From Octopus vulgaris (lineage: Eukaryota): DNA of 64,000 nucleotides. The DNA is taken from assembly GCA_951406725.2 (NCBI GenBank), contig OX597840.1, positions 36,208,001 to 36,272,000 on the forward strand, written 5' to 3'. Below the pieces are notes generated by a model that had not been told where the DNA came from, ran no database searches, and saw only the letters and a program-made list of their open reading frames with translations. Shown piece after piece: positions 47,792 to 61,200 of the stretch. Each line of letters begins with the position of its first letter. The stretch's first letter is position 1. Position numbers and translations under genes: made by a program.

Positions 47792-49001
47792 TATCATCAT
47801 CATCATCATTTAACATCTGCTTTCCATGCTGACATGGGTTGGACGATTTGATTGGGGATTGGTCAAATGACCTCGCCCAAATGTTGTTTTCCATGTGCCA
47901 CCAGCATAAGTACCAGTAAAGCAACACTGGTAATGATCACGCTCAGATGGTACTTTTTACATGCCAATGGCACAGGAGCCAGTCAGTGGCCTTGGCAATG
48001 ATCACACTCTGCTGCTGCTCTTAGAGCTCAAGTGACATGGATGTCAGTCATGCAGTGATGTCATCGAATTTAATTTTTATTTCACTTGCCTCAACAGGTC
48101 TTTGCAAGTAGAGTTTAGTGTCCAATGAAGGAAAGGTTCTCATAAGTGGGCTGGTTACACAACTGGTATAGGCCATGTGTTATGGTCTCACTTGGCTTGC
48201 TGTCTTCTCAAGCACAGCATATTTCCAAAAGTCTCAGTGAGGCCTAATATTCGAAAGTCGTGCTTCACTACCTCATCCCAGGTCTCCCTGGGTCAATCTC
48301 TCCTAGAATTTTCCTCAACCATTATGGTGTAACACTTTTTCACACAGCTATCCTCATACATTCTCATCACATGACCATACCAGCCCAGTCATCTCTCTTG
48401 CACACCACATCTGATGCTTCTTAGGTCCAACTTTTCTCTCAAGGCACTTACACTATGTCGAGTATGCACACTGACATTACACATCGATTGGATCATACTG
48501 GCTTCATTCATTGCGAGAATACACATGTCCTCAGAAGTCACAGCCCATGTTTCACTGCCATGTAGAATGGCTGTTCATTCACATGTGTCATACTGTCTAC
48601 CTTTTACTCTGAGTGAGAGGCCCTTTGTTACCAGCAGAGGTAGGAGCTCTCTGAACTTTGCCCAAGCTATTCTTATTCTAGCAGCTACACTTTCAGAGCA
48701 CCCACCACCTCTACTGACTTGGTCACCTAGGTAATGGAGGCTATCAACTACTTGTAGGTTTTCTCCCTGGAATGTGTCAGAAGTTGTTCTCTGCACATTT
48801 TCAGTGTTTATAGTTCTTGAGCATTTGCCACATACAAAAACTATCTTCCCAATTAGCCTTCCTTTGATTTTGCTGCACCTCTTATGTGTCCATAGCTTAA
48901 ACTGGGGACATCTTATAGAGTTTCTACCTACACCTTTTCTACAGATCGAGCAGGGACAACTACCTGAAGGGATTTGTGGTTTGTCTGCCTTCCTACTTAT
49001 T
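47792..49001 (-). mobile_element. RTE LINE 3' fragment with (GAT)n tail
   Basis: LHYLGDQVSRGGGCSESVAARIRIAWAKFRELLPLL; tail tcatcatcatcatttaacatctgctttccatgc. Confidence 0.88.
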
Positions 49002-49687
49002 TTGTATATATATATGTATATGTGTATATGGGTGAGTCTATATAAGTGTGTATATCGATATATGGATATGCAAGTTATTCATAAGAAAGAAAGACAAGGA
49101 GTTGAAGAACCTGATTTCGATTAAAACCCCATTGGGAACAACTTCACAATGATTATTATTATTACTGCTGCTAGTTATTCGACGACTACAGCCACTACTA
49201 AGAAAACAAGTCTTGACCACATTATTTAATTTACAAAAACAGATAGTAATAATTTGCAGTCACGGTCAGTTCAACTTGTTACACCACCAAAACTAACGGA
49301 TATTACCACGTGCTCTTGCAGGAAAAAGGAAATTAAACTGTGAAGGTTAATTTTAATTTAATTTTATTTTATTTTATTTTATTTTATTAATAGCTCTTTC
49401 CTCTTTACATATTCCATTTTAGTACATCTTTTGATAAGGCTTTTCAAAAACTGAAACATCAAAATGCATTCTTATAAAAGGAAAATTAAAATGTACCCTT
49501 GTTGTATATCTCATTTCACTGTTTCTTTTTTCATTGTTCAGAAAAAGTTCGTTTTCTATGTTTTTGTGTTTTCTTTTCTCATTGTGTTCAACGTTTTTTT
49601 GTTGTTCTGTACCCATATATGCATGTATATATACATATATAAGTAGGTATGTACATATATGTATGTGTATATGCATATATTTATATA

Positions 49688-49737
<50 letters not shown>

Positions 49738-49976
49738 ATGTATATATATATGGGTATGCATAGACATAGGTGTGGCTGTGTGGTAAGAGAATTGCTTCCC
49801 TACCACATGGTTTGGGAGTCAATCTCACTGCATGGCACCTTGATTAAAAGGTTTTTTTCTGTACCCTTGGTCCAACTACAGCTTTGGGAGTGGATGTAGT
49901 AGATGGAAACTGAAAGAAGTATGTTGTGTGTGTGTGTGTGTGAGTGTGCATGTGTTTATGTATTTCTTGATTATGA

Positions 49977-49982
49977 TTTATT
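49977..49982 (-). promoter_or_regulatory. Candidate polyadenylation signal of gene A
   Basis: AATAAA on the minus strand about 78 nt downstream of the stop codon. Confidence 0.45.
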
Positions 49983-50059
49983 GATTGTAGATATTTGATT
50001 ATATTTTGTGTGGAAGCCAAAATTGAACAAAGTTAAGATAAAATCGTTGGAATGCTTCC

Positions 50060-50226
50060 TTAATAATTGACAAATGCTTGTGGAATCCTTTCTTCATTGT
50101 TGACAATCCTTTCACATTCCATAAAAAAATCATAAGTGATTCTGTCGCTGACAACAGAATCATTCTTGTAATCTTCATGATTTCTAACAAACTGCCTTGT
50201 CCATTGGGCTAATGTCATTATCTTTC
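50060..50226 (-). CDS. GCLC: Gene A terminal coding exon (GKIMTLAQWTRQFVRNHEDYKNDSVVSD...FVNY*)
   Basis: ttattttatAG acceptor; TAA at 50062-50060; homologous to [28 protein letters not shown]. Confidence 0.94.
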
Positions 50227-53200
50227 CTATAAAATAAATTGAAATAATAAATGGTTTATTATTTATTTTCTATGGAAATTCTTTGCTGCATTCGGTAACA
50301 ATATCCTATCCCCATGATCTAAGGCACAAATAGGTAAAGCCTGATCTGTTTCTTTGCTTTATTTGTTTTAGTGGTAATAATTGTTTCAAAAGTCTTATTT
50401 AAAACTAAACTGTGGCAGAATATTTTCATCACAGGACAGGATCTGGAACGAATACTTCACACACATGCATATACACACATTATCCTTCATATTAGTCTGT
50501 AGTATACGGAGTGTGAAGATTTACTAACAATAAGTGTTACTGGGTTAAAATACAGTTTAGCATTATATTTGATAATTGAAAAAGAAACTAGCATTATTGG
50601 AGGGTAAATGTTATATATTTAAGATAAAATTTGTTTAATATTGATGAAAACAAATGAATCGTCTCACCTGCCGCTTTGTCTGAGATATATTTCAGGTATT
50701 GCATTATTTGTGGCCTTTTACTGGCGTCATAGTCAAATTGATCAAGGTATTTGTGTATGAGAGGAATTAAACCAGGGAAATCATCCTGTTGATAATAGAA
50801 TCAAAATAATTGCAAATAGTTTGAGTTTTCTGTCCCGTAGTTGTTTGAGATTGCCCGACTGGTTATAAAAGTTATTAATATTTTTGGTTGAAAGGACAAT
50901 TACAAAAATACACAGAGAAATGGAAAGAATATTAACATAGGTGCAAACATGGCTGTGTGGTAAGAAACTTGCTTCCCAACCACACTGTTCTGGGTTCAGC
51001 TTCACTGTGTGGCACCTTGAGCAAGTGTCTTCTACTACAGCCTCAGGACAATCATAGCCTTTGAGTGGATTTGGTTGATGGAAACATAAAGAAGCCCATC
51101 ATGTGTGTGTGTGTGTTTGTATGTATGTATGTATGTATTTACATGTGTGTCTGTATTTTTCCCCACCACCACTGCTTGACAACTGATGGTGGTTTGTTTA
51201 TGTCCCCATGACTTAGCAGTTCACCAAAACAGACCTATAGAATAAGTACTAGGCTTACAAAGAATAAGTCCTGAGGTCGACTTCCTCAACTAAAAATCCC
51301 TTTAAGGCTGTGCTCCAGCATGGCTCCAGTCAAATGACTGAAATGTGTAAAAGAATAGAATATTCCCTTTTACATTAAAAATACTTCATCTGTATGTTCA
51401 TATGGTGTAATGCTGCATTCATGTACAAACATATGGACCATGCACAGTGGACCATCTACAAACAAAACTACACATAATTACTCAAATTATGCAGAACATA
51501 TGCAGAACACTACAGAACACTATGCAGCCAATAAGGCAGTCAAATTTCCCCCTGCACCATCATCAATACTCATCAAAACAATCAGTAATCTCCTCTTCAT
51601 GTTTTTAAAAAATAGTTGCTTCATCTAGATCAGTGGTTCTCAACCAGAATCCAAATAGCATTTAGGGGTCTACATGGCCCTTGTGGGTCCATGTAAGATT
51701 CCGTTGTACAAGAAATGAAATTGATTATTATTCTATAATACACAAAATATTTTAGCAATTTCCGTTATGCAATTCCTAATAATATTTAATTATAAAAATA
51801 TAATAGGATATTTTTTAAACATCAAATGGATACGAGGGTCCAGTTGAGCAAAATAAAGGATCAAAAGGGGATCCATGGGCAGAAAATGGTTGGGAACCAT
51901 TGATCTAGATTATACTTGTTTACTGATTTCACCTTTTTTCTGCTCACTCACACATACATCTCATCACATACACATTTCATGCGCATCGACATGCATGCAT
52001 TCACAAACATTTAGCAGAAAGACAGGTACCAAGCAAACACACATTTGTTACAATGCACATGTATCTTTGATCTTTTATCTGTTTCAGTCATTAGACTGCA
52101 GCCATGCTGGGGCACTACCTTGAAGAATGTTTAGTCAAATGAATGGAATGGATCGACCCCAGTACATTTTAAAAAAAAGTTTTGTACTTATTCTATCAAT
52201 CTCTTTTGTCAAACTGTTAAGTTATGATGATGTAAACACACCAACACCATATATATATGACGGGCTTCTTTCAGTTTCCATCTACCAAATCCATGCACAA
52301 GGACATGGTTGGCCCAAGGCTATAGTAGAAGACATTCGCTACTCAGTGAAACTGAGCCTGGAAACATGTGGTTGAAAAACAAGCTTTTTACCATTCAAAT
52401 TTACTATGATATAGAAGACACCAGCCAACTTCAGCTGCTTTTGTCCAGAAGCTCAGAAATAATTGAATTGGTTCACCGTACCAACTCATAGGAAGAGACA
52501 ACACTGACCCACAGACTACACTGCATTGACTCACAGACATAAAAGCACTGCACTATGTACAAGTCACTCAGACATTTGGCAGCACATAACTGACTTACAT
52601 ACATAAGTGTGTTCTCCAGTCTACAGATTGTTTTTTTCCTAATACTTTTGAATTGTACTTTGACCTGTATTCAACCGTTATTCTAGTTTCTCCTGTGTAT
52701 ACATACACACACACACATGCATGCATGTATAGACAAAGGAGTGCTGAAAAGTTCTTCGCTTAAAGAATATTGCAAAAGGCTTGGTTGATGGCCCAACCTT
52801 TCGAGCTCTTTAACAGGGCTTAGACTATATGAAGGACCGCTGCCAATAAGTGTGTGAATCTGAGAGGGGAATATTTCGAATAAAATAATTTACTGATCCA
52901 CCTGTATTTTCTTTTACCAAAAACCAGGAAGTCTTCAGCATTATCTCATATACATACATCATACATGGATGCATGAGTATGTATGTATATACATACTTTA
53001 TTACTTGTGACTACTGTACTTTACAGAAAAACTCTAGAAACATTCACGTTGACAAATTATTGGATTCAAACTTTGGCACAATTATATTTGATAATTGAAA
53101 AAGAAACTAGCATTATTGGAGGGTAAATGTTGTATATTTAAGATAAAATTTGTTTAATATTGATGAAAACAAATGAATCGTCTCACCTGCTGCTTTGTCT

Positions 53201-55194
53201 GAGATATATTTCAGGTATTGCATTATTTGTAGCCTTTTACTGGCGTCATAATCAAATTGATCAAGGTATTTGTGTATGAGAGGAATTAAACCAGGGAAAT
53301 CATCCTGTTGATAATAGAATCAAAATAATTGCAAATAGCAAGAATTGGCAAGAAAAACCCTTACCAATTCCTATTTGATATCTATCCCTTTCAACAAAGC
53401 ATGATTTTTAGAAGTGATATCAACACTTTCTGTCATTTATATTCTTTTAGAATCTAAAATGTGTTAGTGGGCCATTTTGCTTAATGGTAGATTACTCAGC
53501 CGGTATCTGAGGGGGTACAGGTTCAACTTCTATAGCTGTCTGCTGGCAACTTTTATAGGTGCAGGCATGGCTGTGAGGTAAGAATCTTGCTTCTCAACCA
53601 CATGGTTCCAGGTTCAGTCCCACTGAATAGCACTTTGGGCAATCTTCTTCTATTATAACCTCGGCCAACCAAAGATTTGTGAGGGGATTTGGTTGATGGA
53701 AACTGAAAGAAACCCGTTGTGTGTGTGTGTGTGTGTGTGTGTGCGTTCATGTGCTCATGAGTCTGTGTTTGTCCCCCACCATCGCTTGACAACTGGTACT
53801 GGTATGTTTATGTCCCGTAACATAGTGGTTTGGCAAAAGAGACTGATAGAATAAGTAATAGGCTTACAAAGAATAAGTCCTGGGGTCAATTTCTTCCATT
53901 AAAACCCTTTAAAACGGTGCTCCAGCATGGCCACAGTCAAATGACTGAAACAAGAATTCACGAACTTTCGAGGGAACATAAAATAATCTCTTTTTTGGGC
54001 TACAGAAGATCTCAAACCACGCATAAAGCTAAAAAAAAAAAAATGCCTGTAAATATTAGGTTTAAAGAAAAAATATTTGGATTGAAAATGTCAAATGCAG
54101 CCTTTGACTTTTCTGTTCAAAAGGTTTTTCTGCCTGATATTTGCAGGCCATTATTTAAGGTTTTCTGTGTGATTTAGAATTTATTAAAAATATTTTTTAC
54201 CTTTCCATTCATGATTTCATCTAAAGTCATCAAAGTGTAAATATCATTTGTTAGTTCACAATTAGCAAATTCTAATTGACAGAAAATAAAACAATTATAG
54301 ATTTAGTACAATAAATACTGTAAACACATCAGCTTATATAGGGTAACAGGCAAATAACTGTTTCTGTTTACAATGCAAAACCCTAATCTTAGAATGTTTA
54401 AACAAGGTGTGAGAGAAAAACTTCCCATGTTTTATGGTCAATGTTGTGCTTCTTGTAATTAGTTTGGTAGGTTGTAATGAGGTTTTCATGTAGCTAATGT
54501 GTTATTACTCTTCTTTAGTTATTATCATGCATTTGCTGTTCAAACGTTGATCAAAAACTAAATCACCCGTGACCCATTGGATCACCTATAGTTCAAGGTA
54601 CCTAGAAAATCACATATCTTAGTAACCTATGGTCCGATTTACATGAAACTTGTTTTATTTCATATTCACGTGAGCATCCTCAATATCTGATTCCTGATCC
54701 CTCTTGCTTCTCTCTCTTTCTCTTTGTTCCACAAGATGCTCAGCCCTTGCTTTATCAGTCTCATTGATCTTTCTATTCACATACCAGTCTTGACCTTGGG
54801 TAAATATTTTGTAAATGACCCGTTTGTACTTTCATTTGAAAAACGTATAATCGGCAAATTTATCATAAACATTTTGCAATGAGAAGGGGAGGTTGGCTGA
54901 ATTTGAAATGAAATACATATGGCCTTGGCAAACATGATATAGAAAGAACTGGGGAAATCCTAGATTCATCTACTAAGTCGCATTTGAATAATAATAACTA
55001 AGCTGTTGATTCAAGAGAGAGAGAGCAAGTAAACTGTTGATTCATGCACAGCAAAATGAAGAAAGGAATAATATTTGGGGAAACTATTTAAAATATACAA
55101 CAGATTCTGTGCACAGACCACAAACTAAGTTTAGTCCCCACATAGCTTGATGGGCTTAGAAGAAAAGTTGTATATTTAGCTATCATTATTATTA

Positions 55195-55233
<39 letters not shown>

Positions 55234-58200
55234 AATACTAAATTAATCTGTGTGTGTGTGGTCCCACCAGTGCTTGACAACCGATGCTGGTGTGTTTACA
55301 CCCCTGTAACTTAGTGGATCGTCAAAAGAGACCGACAGAATAAGTACTGAGGTCAATACATTCGACTAAAAATTCTTCAAGGTGGCACCAAAGTATAATT
55401 AATGAATGAAGCAGGTAAATATATCTTTATAGCCAGGAGTAGCTGTGTTAAGAAGCTTGCTTCCCTACCACATGGTTTCAGGTTCAGCCCCACGTGGTGG
55501 TACCTTGAGCAAGTGTCTTCTAATATGGCCTTGGGCCAACCAAAGCTTTGTGAGTGGATTTGGTAGACGGAAACTGAAAGAAGCCCATTGTATCATCATC
55601 ATTGTTTAACGTCAGTTCTCCATGCTAGCATGGGTTATATGCATGTATATATATATGTATTTGTGTATCTGTCCCCCCTGCCACCATCGTTTGACAACCA
55701 ACATTGGTGTGTTTACATCTCCATAAATTAGCAGTTCAGCAAAATAGACAAATAGATTAAGTACTAGGCTTACAAAGAATAAGTCCTGCGGTCAGTTTGT
55801 TTGACTAAAGGCAGTGCTCCAGCATGGTTGCAGTCAAATGACTGAAACAAGTAAAAGAATAAATGAATGTGTGTGTGTGTGTGTGTAAGTGCAGGCATTG
55901 ATGCGTGGTAAAAAGTTTTCTTCCCAACCACATGGTTCCATGTTTAGTCTCACTGTGTGACACCTGGGGAAAATGTCTACTAGAGGCAGACGGAAGCTGA
56001 AAGAATACTTGTGCGTATAAATTATATATATTTAGTTTGTGGCATATTTATATATATGTCAAAGGGGACATAACTAATTCTTTCCCTCCTCCTTTTTCCA
56101 TTTAGGCTTGCCATTCCATGTTTTGAACCCACTTTCATCTTACCTTTTCTCATGGTTTCTCTTGTTCTGTTTCCCGATTTGTAACCTGTAAAGGCTGTGT
56201 GTTCACAGCCTGACGATTACTTGAAGACACTTGCCATGTTTTAAACTTGCCTAGCTAAGATCTTCAATGTATAAAACTATTAGTATAGCTATATACTGTG
56301 TATTCTTTTACTTTTTCAGTTATTTTGACTGCAGCCATGCTGGAGCACTGCATTTAGTCAAGCAAATCAACCCCAGGACTTACTATTTTGTAAGCCTAGT
56401 ACTTATTCTTTCGGTCTCTTTTGCCATTCCACTAAGTTATGGGGATGCAAACGCACCAGCATCAGTTATTAAGTGATGTCGAGGGGATCAATCACAGACA
56501 TACAAACACACACACACACCCATACACACACATATGGCATTTTAGTTAAGTTTGCTTCTTTCCAGTCATGTACATAAACAACAATATATATTTCCTAAAC
56601 AATCACAATCTTTAATAAAAGTTAAAATTACATTTTCATTATCCTCAAAATTTCCAATAAATTTAGTTCTTACCTTTTTGGACATCTTTTCTGAAGTGAA
56701 ACTTTTCTTTATTAATGGCATCCCGCTTTTGTGCTGATGTGAAGTTTTCATCAACCTATGGGGTGAAATTGTAAGAAATAGGAATTTGTATATAAAAGTT
56801 AGGAGAGGTGAGAATATTTAATATGGTTTATATACTCCTCATGAAATAATTCTATCAATTGGATATGAATTTCAGCTGCATGAACACTCTACATTATACT
56901 CCTCTGTATTGAATTATTATGTAGACTGTTAGCCAAGTCCATAAGAGGAACTTATTGTGATAGCCACACAATTCTTTGAATCCATATCTTCTATTAGAAA
57001 TTTATACATACATATGTATGTATGTATGTGTATGTGTGTATATGTATGTATGTGTATGTGTGTGTGTATGTATGTATGTATGTATGTATGTATGTATGTA
57101 TGTATGTATGTATGTATGTTATTTAGTTTTATTTCAAGATTTCTTGCCAAAAGAGAAAGAGCCAGTTTCTAACCTAGATCCAAGGTTCCTTCATTGGAAT
57201 TTCAACATCAACAGGGTATTTTTGTATGTAATATTTATGTATATGTGCAAATTTGTATGTTTTATGTATGTATTCTCATGAATATAGTTGTATATATGTA
57301 TATATATATTTAAATATTCTGTTGTGTCTGGGGAGAGTCATTTTCTTTTTGTGCCTTATAATATAACACACTCACCAGCAAAATTTCAACTTTTTCTTAT
57401 TTTTATTTTTCTAAAATTTTCATTGTGTCTTGCAACTTTTTCAATAGTTTTGACTCTGTCCATTATTTACGCTGTGTTCCCTTTTGTTTGTTTGTGTGCA
57501 TGTGTGTGGGTCAGTGTGTGTGTGCCTATACATGCATGCATGCATGTACATATGTATGTATGTGTGTGTTTGCATGTGTATGTATGTATATATGTGTGTG
57601 TATGCATATGTATGTGTGTGCATCTGTATGTACGTATCCTGCATATTTATGTGCTTGCATGTCCGTGTTTATGTATTTTCTATGCATGTGTGTGTGAGCA
57701 TGTGTTTGTATATGTATGCACCTCTGTCTCCTAGTGTGTGCATGTGTGTGTTATGCAACTATGTACCATGTTTGTATGTATGGATGTGCATCTTTATATG
57801 TGTGGATCTGTGTCTGTTCTTATAGCCTATGTACCTATCCGTCTGCATATTGATCTGTTTATTTTCATATTTATATGCTTACATACAGAAAAAAAGTGGG
57901 GGACATACACACACACACACACTCACACACACACATACATACATTATCTATGTAACAGTCCACTAACTATTCTACTCTACCTGTGTAAACTGTGGGTATG
58001 ATATTTACTATATATATTTCCTATTTAGTCTTGGGGAGATTTCATTTATAAGGACGTACTCCCGTATTTGTCTGATGTTGGGTCTTTTGGGTGCTTGGAT
58101 AAGATATGGATGTCAAGTTGACCCAAGTTACCTCCATGGTGATCTTTGGCATGTTGATAGAGTATAGAGGACTGTTTTCTGTCGTCATATTGTCTTAGAT

Positions 58201-61200
58201 GTTCATTTATTCATTTCGCAATGCTCCTAGACATCTCCCCTATGTACGTCATGTCCATGTCCTTACAAGCACCTTCTATGCATCTTATGCTGTAAACTAC
58301 ATTTTGAGTTCTACAGTTAATACCAGGGCTAATCCTACATAACATGCAGTTATCATTGGTGCATGTGGTATTCTTACAGGGGTACATCCTACATAGTTGT
58401 GATCTGATGGAGTTCCCTGCCTTTTCAACAATTTTAATGTTCACAGCTTTTCTAAATCTACAGGCTAGCTCTCCATGGGCTGTGGCCTCTACAAACATCA
58501 CTCCTTGATATTTGTCGGTTTTGTAACATTTATTTGCCCTCTTATATACATAAATAGATGTGTGTATTTTCCCTTTGTTAATAATTAACATGGTAAAAAT
58601 ATATAAATAGTTAGCCGGGTAACAAAAACTCACACAAGTAAAAAGGTAGTAACTCCTTGTTTTTAAAGGTAGAAACTTCAGGTTTACGTGAAGTTTTTTG
58701 TATAATATATATAAATAAATAAATGGAGTTAAACACAGGTGTTATTCAAATTCTTTTACTTCCAACACATGTTTCGGAGATATCACTGGTATTATTCCAA
58801 AGGAATAAAATGGTGTAAAACAATGTAATCTTTTCTTCAGGGAAGTGAAGAAATGAAACTCGTCCATAAGACATTTTAACAGAAAACATGTGTTGGAAGC
58901 AAAAGAATTTGAATAAAACCTGTGTTTAACTCCATTTAAAATCAAAATAAGCAACAAGGATATGCATTACCGCTGGATATCCTTGTTGCTTATTTTGATT
59001 TCAATCATCTTATTTTGAAATTGTATGGATAATACCATACTAAATTCTGGTGCCTCAACCTAAGTACCATATTCGTCTGTATCTGTCTTTGTCCCTCCAC
59101 CAACGCTTGACAACTGGTGTTGCTGTGTTTTCATCCCTGTAACTTAGTGGTTTGCTAAAAGAGACAATTAGATAAGTACCAGGCTTACAAAGAGTAAGTC
59201 CTGGGGTTGATTTGTTCGACTAAAGGCAGTGCTCCAGCATAGCCACAGTCAAATGACTGAAACAAAAGAAGAAGTGAGTGTGTGTTGTGGCGAGAGTCAT
59301 TGAAACCCCTTTGGGATTGGAAGAATGGACAAAGGGAGATCAAATAGATCTTGGTAAATTAAGTAAGAAGCACTCTCATGTATACGTGTGCGTATCTTTA
59401 TGTTTGTGTTTGTTCTTGCCTCCACAAATGATTTGAACCATTGTTGGTTTGTTTTCATCCCAATAAATTTACAGTTTGATAAAAGAGTCAGACAGTAAAA
59501 GTATCAGACATAAAAACTAAGTTCTAGAGTTGATTCGTTCCACTATAACTCTTTGAAGTGGTCTCTCAGTATGGCTGTAGTCCAATGATTGAAACAAGTA
59601 AAAGATAAATATAAAAAGATAGAGTTTACATTAAAAGTGCTATATTTTGTAAAACCTATCGGTTTAGATATGCTTAACCATTTGCCATACCTTATATATC
59701 TATGGTTAGGTCTCTAGCAGGAATATTTGCAGAGATCTTAGCATCAACTCTTTCCCTAGGAATCCAACCCAAATCACTGTGTAGAAAGGTAAAGAGGGGA
59801 ACAAGATTTTGTAAAAGGCTGATGACATTGGCAAACAACTGACCAGTCAAGTTTGTGGTAGAAATCACAGTATCTAAATATAAAGGCAACTAATATGAAT
59901 GGGGTTCAACAAATGATTGACGACACGAGCAAAGAACTGACCACTCAAATCTCAGCTTATATTTATCTTACAGATAAAAAAGTCCAATGCTTATTATATA
60001 GAAATAAACATTTTAATATAAGAAATCAATATTTACCTTTGTTATTGGGATCAAAAGGTTTAGCTTGAGAGTAATTATAGCTCGGTTAAGAAGAATAAGG
60101 AATACAACAAGAGCAGCATTTTCAAAGTCAGTCAACTGATCCTGGAAATACATTAAAAAAATAGTGTCAAAATTTATTTAGTGTTCAGGCTAACCATGAC
60201 AGTTTGCATAAAAGGAAAAGAAGCCACAATATCTCATTCAAAAATAAAAGCATTTTCAGAAATAAGAAAATTTCAACCAGATTATGGCTGGGAGATAACA
60301 ATTTACTCAAGGCAGTTGACCTCAGTTTCCAACATGGCCTCAAAATGGCTCTGGAACGTGGCACATGCATTCTTTGGCCATCTTCCTCATGTTAGCTTCC
60401 AGTTCAGCCTTGTCTTACAAGCAGAATGGTTAGTGTCTTCTTCAATCATGCCCTACACATGGGATTACAATTGGGGGAAATAAGGGGCCAAAAATTGGAG
60501 CTGGTGAAGTTTAAGAAATTCTCCAACAACCACTTCTGACTCTGGAATCGAATCCTGCAGATACACATATGGGCTTCTAGTAATAACCATCTTCAGCCAA
60601 GGTTTGACCAGTCTCCAGCAGCTTTACATAGCCATCTGAATTCAACTTAAGGCACTGTTTATCGTTATTGGAGGAATTTCAATGTACAGTTAGTTGCTCC
60701 AGCTTGACCATAGTCCAATGACTGATACCATTGAAAGTATACACCAAATTCTGCCTCAAAAATATCGGACAACCACAAACTATTGGAAGACAATTTCTCC
60801 ATCTATCTTTAAGGAGGATTGAACTCAAAGCCATATGGTTGAAGAGCAAACTCACCATCCACATGATTATTCCTAAACTATGTCCGTCCATTGGAGTGAC
60901 AAGGACTGTGTAGCCATCCTTATGGATGATCAATGACTTGTGTAGTGATTTTGTTGAAAGAGAAGAATTGTGCATCGTCAGCCTCATTTTATCGTCTATG
61001 ACCATCTTCAACTTCAATCATGTAGCAAGACCAGCTCAAGACGACCGGGGATGAAGAGATGCAGTGGAGGCCCAAGATGTATTATTAGCCCAATTTTGTT
61101 GAAACTGTGAGGGGTGGGTGCTGAAAGTTCTTGGTTTTAAGGGTATTGCAAAATGCTTTGTTGGAGGCCCAAACTTGCAAGTTCTTTTACAGGGCTTAGA

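Noticed and set aside
40184-49001. RTE pieces at 40184-40515 and 47792-49001 as one element split by an insertion
   Set aside because: They overlap by about 37 bp of consensus but are in the wrong order for a single interrupted copy; treated as independent fragments.
59690-61070. Possible RNase H-like and LINE C-terminal remnants
   Set aside because: Too degraded to assign a family from sequence alone.
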